Positions 13,283 through 15,872 of a stretch of 15,872 bases of DNA are shown here, in pieces. How positions within the stretch are numbered: the stretch's first letter is position 1; every line of letters begins with the position of its first letter. The DNA comes from Candidatus Woesearchaeota archaeon. Its GTDB lineage: Archaea; Nanobdellota; Nanobdellia; Woesearchaeales; SM23-78. The DNA is taken from the NCBI GenBank assembly GCA_016933095.1, contig JAFGBP010000064.1, positions 1 to 15,872 of the forward strand, given 5' to 3'. The translations under genes and the position numbers were made by a program. The notes below the pieces were generated by a model. That model was given only the letters and a program-made list of their open reading frames with translations, did not search any database and was not told the origin of the DNA.

Positions 13283-13993
13283 TTACCGCCTGAAGGAGAC
13301 TCCCACTCCTAGGCTCATCGCATTCCCTGTTCTTCTCTCTTGGACTGGATTCGACCCAGTATAGTTCCATTGCTGAAACCAAATATGCGTCCCGCGGAAG
13401 AAAATCCTGATGGCAAGGTCATTCTTGAGATTATAGATTACCCCGCTTGCTTGGAGGGATACTCCTGAGGTTTTGTTCTCTGTATTGTCAGGGAAGAAAT
13501 ACCGCAAGCCAACATCGTACTGCGGATCCATCAATCCTGCACCCACAAAGGGATATCTTGAGTCCTTCTTCCATAATTGGCCGCTGGGAAACCTGCTCTC
13601 ATAGCCTGCAAAATCAAGCCCTCCCTCAATGAATAAATTGAAGAGAAGGTCTATATTGCAGGGTACCTTGTCAGGGCATTGCACATGAACTCGCTGGTAG
13701 AACCTTGCTGCTGCCAAAGCATGGTAAGTATGTCCGCTCTCAGCACCCTCTTTTCTCAAGGAGGACAAGCCTGCATCTAGCGAGAGCCCGACGTGGTTGA
13801 AGTAGCTGTCGAGTGAGATCTTTGCTCCGGGCCTGTACTGAGCCTCGTAGCCAGCCCCGCTTGAAGCGTTGAGGGCTGCATAAGCGCTGGCACGAAACTC
13901 CGCGTCTGTGGCTGCAGCTACTTTCTGCGCAGCCGGTGCAACAGAGAGCGCTGATGTCAATAACAGTGTAGTTGCAAGTTTTGATACCCTCAT
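13283..13993 (-). CDS. Secreted protein with a beta-strand-rich, OMP-like alternating pattern; unknown family
   Basis: N-terminal signal-peptide-like MRVSKLATTLLLTSALSVAPAAQKVAAA. The mature part is rich in short amphipathic alternating segments with aromatic girdles (YDVGLRYFF, GVSLQASGVIYNL, LAIRIFFRGTHIWF, AMSLGVGVSF). Confidence 0.65.
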   Translation of the reverse strand: MRVSKLATTLLLTSALSVAPAAQKVAAATDAEFRASAYAALNASSGAGYEAQYRPGAKISLDSYFNHVGLSLDAGLSSLRKEGAESGHTYHALAAARFYQRVHVQCPDKVPCNIDLLFNLFIEGGLDFAGYESRFPSGQLWKKDSRYPFVGAGLMDPQYDVGLRYFFPDNTENKTSGVSLQASGVIYNLKNDLAIRIFFRGTHIWFQQWNYTGSNPVQERRTGNAMSLGVGVSFRR

Positions 13994-14013
13994 GAGCCAG
14001 GAGGAAATAGAAG

Positions 14014-14025
14014 ATATTTATATAC
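14014..14025 (-). promoter_or_regulatory. TATA-like box upstream of the secreted-protein gene
   Basis: atatttatatac is centred about 27 nt upstream of the ATG at 13993. The intervening sequence has no SD, which implies a leaderless mRNA. Confidence 0.45.
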
Positions 14026-14098
14026 TTATCCACTCCGCAGTGGTGCGAGATGTCTCTGCAAATGGTGCTTAGAATGCAAACGCAGTTCAAGAAATTCA

Positions 14099-14371
14099 TC
14101 ACAGCCCAAACGTCCTTTCCATCTCTTTCATCTGGTTGAACTGGTTGATGAACGCGATCCCCTTGTCAGTTATCGTGAGCATCTTCCTCTCCTTAGCCTG
14201 TTCCTCTGCGACGAGGCCTTTTGCCATGAGCTCTTCGAGGTACTGTTTCATCTGGTTGTGGGAGAGGTTGGCCTTGTACATCAGGTGAGTCGGCTTTATC
14301 CTGCCTCCTCGCTTGTTGATGGTCAAGACCATGTCATAGATTATGTCGATCCTACTTCTTTTTCCTTGCAT
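14099..14371 (-). CDS. Small winged-helix DNA-binding protein (archaeal wHTH type)
   Basis: 90 aa. IIYDMVLTINKRGGRIKPTHLMYKANLSHNQMKQYLEELMAKGLV...LTITDKGIAFI fits a helix-turn-helix plus wing layout seen in small archaeal wHTH regulators. The ATG at 14371 lies inside the 3' end of the upstream membrane-protein gene. Confidence 0.7.
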   Translation of the reverse strand: MQGKRSRIDIIYDMVLTINKRGGRIKPTHLMYKANLSHNQMKQYLEELMAKGLVAEEQAKERKMLTITDKGIAFINQFNQMKEMERTFGL

Positions 14372-15020
14372 TTTTCAGTACCATCGCAAAAGTGTATAGA
14401 AGGAAGCAGTATCCGATGAGCTGGATCGCTTCTCCTGCCACGTACACCCACCTGTCAGCGTATGTGAATATGAAGAAGATTTGGCTCAGGGTGATTATCC
14501 CAAAGCTTATGGCGAGAAGCTTTGTGTTCTTGTACCTGAACTTCCTGTAGGATAGGATGTATCTCCTCGTGGCTGCTAGCAGGAAGATGACCGCGGTTAT
14601 GTAGAACCAGTGATAGTTGAACCTGGCGAAGTAGGTGAGTATCAGGATGAAGTACGCCATTATGACGTAGTTCATGGTCAGGTCGTCCTTTGACGTCAGG
14701 GCGTATAGTATGTAGAACCCGAATAGTGTCAGGAACAAGTGCGCCAGGAATCCTCCAGCAAGGTAAAGATGATACAACTCAGATGCAGTCTCAGTGTGCG
14801 TCAGGATGTTCGTCGCGATCTTGACTATGAAGCTGGCCGCCAACATCAGGAACGCTGATGAGAGGAGCAACTGCTTCTTGTTCTTGGTGTCAAGCATGAA
14901 GTTCTTGAAGCTGAAGAATCCTATTGAGAGGACGACGAGCGCGCTGATGATGTCTATCGCGACGTCTTTCCCGTAGAAGCCCGGTGGGCTTAGGTTGACA
15001 AAGTCGAGCCAGTAGACCAT
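14352..15020 (-). CDS. Polytopic membrane protein (about 6-7 TM), unknown function
   Basis: 222 aa, almost entirely hydrophobic helices (IISALVVLSIGFFSF, LLLSSAFLMLAASFIVKIA, FLAHLFLTLFGFYILYAL, YVIMAYFILILTYF, FYITAVIFLLAA, LLAISFGIITLSQIFFIF, IQLIGYCFLLYTFAMVL). Basic tail KNARKKK. Overlaps the wHTH gene by 20 nt. Confidence 0.65.
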   Translation of the reverse strand: MVYWLDFVNLSPPGFYGKDVAIDIISALVVLSIGFFSFKNFMLDTKNKKQLLLSSAFLMLAASFIVKIATNILTHTETASELYHLYLAGGFLAHLFLTLFGFYILYALTSKDDLTMNYVIMAYFILILTYFARFNYHWFYITAVIFLLAATRRYILSYRKFRYKNTKLLAISFGIITLSQIFFIFTYADRWVYVAGEAIQLIGYCFLLYTFAMVLKNARKKK

Positions 15021-15041
15021 CTATCCTGTAGGAGTGGGGAA

Positions 15042-15050
15042 GTATTTAAG
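15042..15050 (-). promoter_or_regulatory. TATA-like box upstream of the membrane-protein/wHTH pair
   Basis: gtatttaag (minus strand CTTAAATAC) is centred about 26 nt upstream of the ATG at 15020. Confidence 0.4.
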
Positions 15051-15209
15051 TTTTTTGAAAAATCAAACTGGGCCTCATTCCTTCGAAGAGAGTCTTATCT
15101 TGAACGAGGCCTAGTCATTCATATTTTCTGAACCAATCTTACCTAAGACTTTCTGAAGCTAGTTTTCATGCATCACAACGACCATGAAAGCCGGCTTGTT
15201 TCCAGAGTC

Positions 15210-15872
15210 TCATCCCTTCATCCTCACTATGTAGCTGCCGTACGGGTCCAGGTCGTGGTAGTTGACGATGCTGCACTTGTTCGGAATGTTGCTTATCCAG
15301 AGCATGGACGCGTAGGGCTTATCGTTCCTGTCAACGACTTCCTTAGGATCCAGGCCGATCTGGACTTCATCTATGTTCTGCAGCTTGAGTTCGAGCCCGT
15401 ATTTTTCCGCTTCTTCCTTGAAGAGCCAGACGGTCAGCGGGTCTTTTCCGAACTTGTCTGTCGGTATGGTACGGGGAGAGACCTCCCAGTGCACATCAGA
15501 GTTCCCGAAGGTGGCGTATTCAAGGATGGCTGTCGTTTCATTGTCTTCCAGGATGTATTTCCGGGCCTGCTTGTGCGCCTCGTAGGCTGCTTCCACGTTT
15601 GATAGTACCGGGGAGTCTCTGACAAATAAATATCTTGTGGAGACTCCTGGGAAGCAGACCACGCCTTCGCGAACGTAGCTTCCGTGCCTCCAGATGCTAG
15701 TGCCTCTTTTCGCATTGTTCCGGGCTTCGGCCATCTCCTTGGATGTCAGCACAGTGCCTGAGCTCTTTGCGTAGGCCTTGACAGCCTCTTCGCAGTTCGC
15801 TATCCTTGACTTTATTCCAAGCGCGCTTTCGAGCGCGTCGTCTATCTTCACTTCATATTCTGGTACGTTCAT
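15210..15872 (-). CDS. Hypothetical soluble protein, at least 220 aa, unknown family; start coincides with the window edge and may lie further upstream
   Basis: Uninterrupted ORF with globular-looking composition (MNVPEYEVKIDDALESALGIKSRIANCEEAVKAY ... LDPYGSYIVRMKG). No motif recognised. The ATG occupies the last three bases of the window, so the N-terminus cannot be confirmed. Confidence 0.5.
   Translation of the reverse strand: MNVPEYEVKIDDALESALGIKSRIANCEEAVKAYAKSSGTVLTSKEMAEARNNAKRGTSIWRHGSYVREGVVCFPGVSTRYLFVRDSPVLSNVEAAYEAHKQARKYILEDNETTAILEYATFGNSDVHWEVSPRTIPTDKFGKDPLTVWLFKEEAEKYGLELKLQNIDEVQIGLDPKEVVDRNDKPYASMLWISNIPNKCSIVNYHDLDPYGSYIVRMKG

Noticed and set aside
13740-14102. 120-aa minus-strand ORF bridging the wHTH stop and the secreted-protein gene
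   Set aside because: It overlaps the 5' third of the signal-peptide gene out of frame, covers that gene's TATA box, and has Cys/Arg-rich, non-protein-like composition.
1-15872. Scan for CRISPR arrays, rRNA, tRNA, IS elements, integrases or longer dispersed repeats
   Set aside because: I found no regularly spaced direct repeats and no tRNA-like cloverleaf with T-loop consensus in any intergenic gap. No transposase- or integrase-like ORFs were seen. Only the short tandem repeats listed above were found.

Overview
Compact, mostly minus-strand coding window with 20 supportable CDS (17 minus, 3 plus). I read it as archaeal, possibly a small-genome lineage. The evidence is that A/T-rich TATA-like boxes sit about 24-28 nt upstream of many start codons, implying leaderless or near-leaderless mRNAs. 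The gene content also fits: a NOL1/NOP2/Sun m5C methyltransferase, an NFACT protein, a tandem Lrp/AsnC protein and a small archaeal-type wHTH protein. Most of the window is housekeeping: the AHAS C-terminus, a ugd plus UDP-glucuronate-4-epimerase-like pair, an m5C RNA methyltransferase, hpt, and a YvcK/GlmR-like - HAD - glmS cluster. No rRNA, tRNA, CRISPR array, transposase or integrase was seen. The least ordinary stretch is a small islet at about 3915-5017, between ugd and the methyltransferase. It holds a toxin-first type II TA-like pair (a DUF4258-like toxin and a Zn-ribbon + AbrB-like hybrid antitoxin) with a twin-palindrome operator. Next to it is an orphan 81-aa ORF with a hairpin over its stop codon. 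That ORF's leader is a 121-nt element of fully nested helices (12 bp, 7 bp, 4 bp and two hairpins), placed exactly between a TATA box and the Shine-Dalgarno. Other points worth a second look:
- a signal-peptide protein that looks like a beta-barrel OMP, in an apparently archaeal context;
- a short NFACT/RqcH-like protein lacking the NFACT-R region, translationally coupled between a tandem Lrp gene and hpt;
- YvcK/GlmR-like - HAD - glmS synteny;
- an orphan HExxH protein sharing one symmetric TATA box with the divergent methyltransferase gene;
- a membrane protein and wHTH gene pair overlapping by 20 nt.
All functional calls rest on motif recognition by eye. No database search was run.
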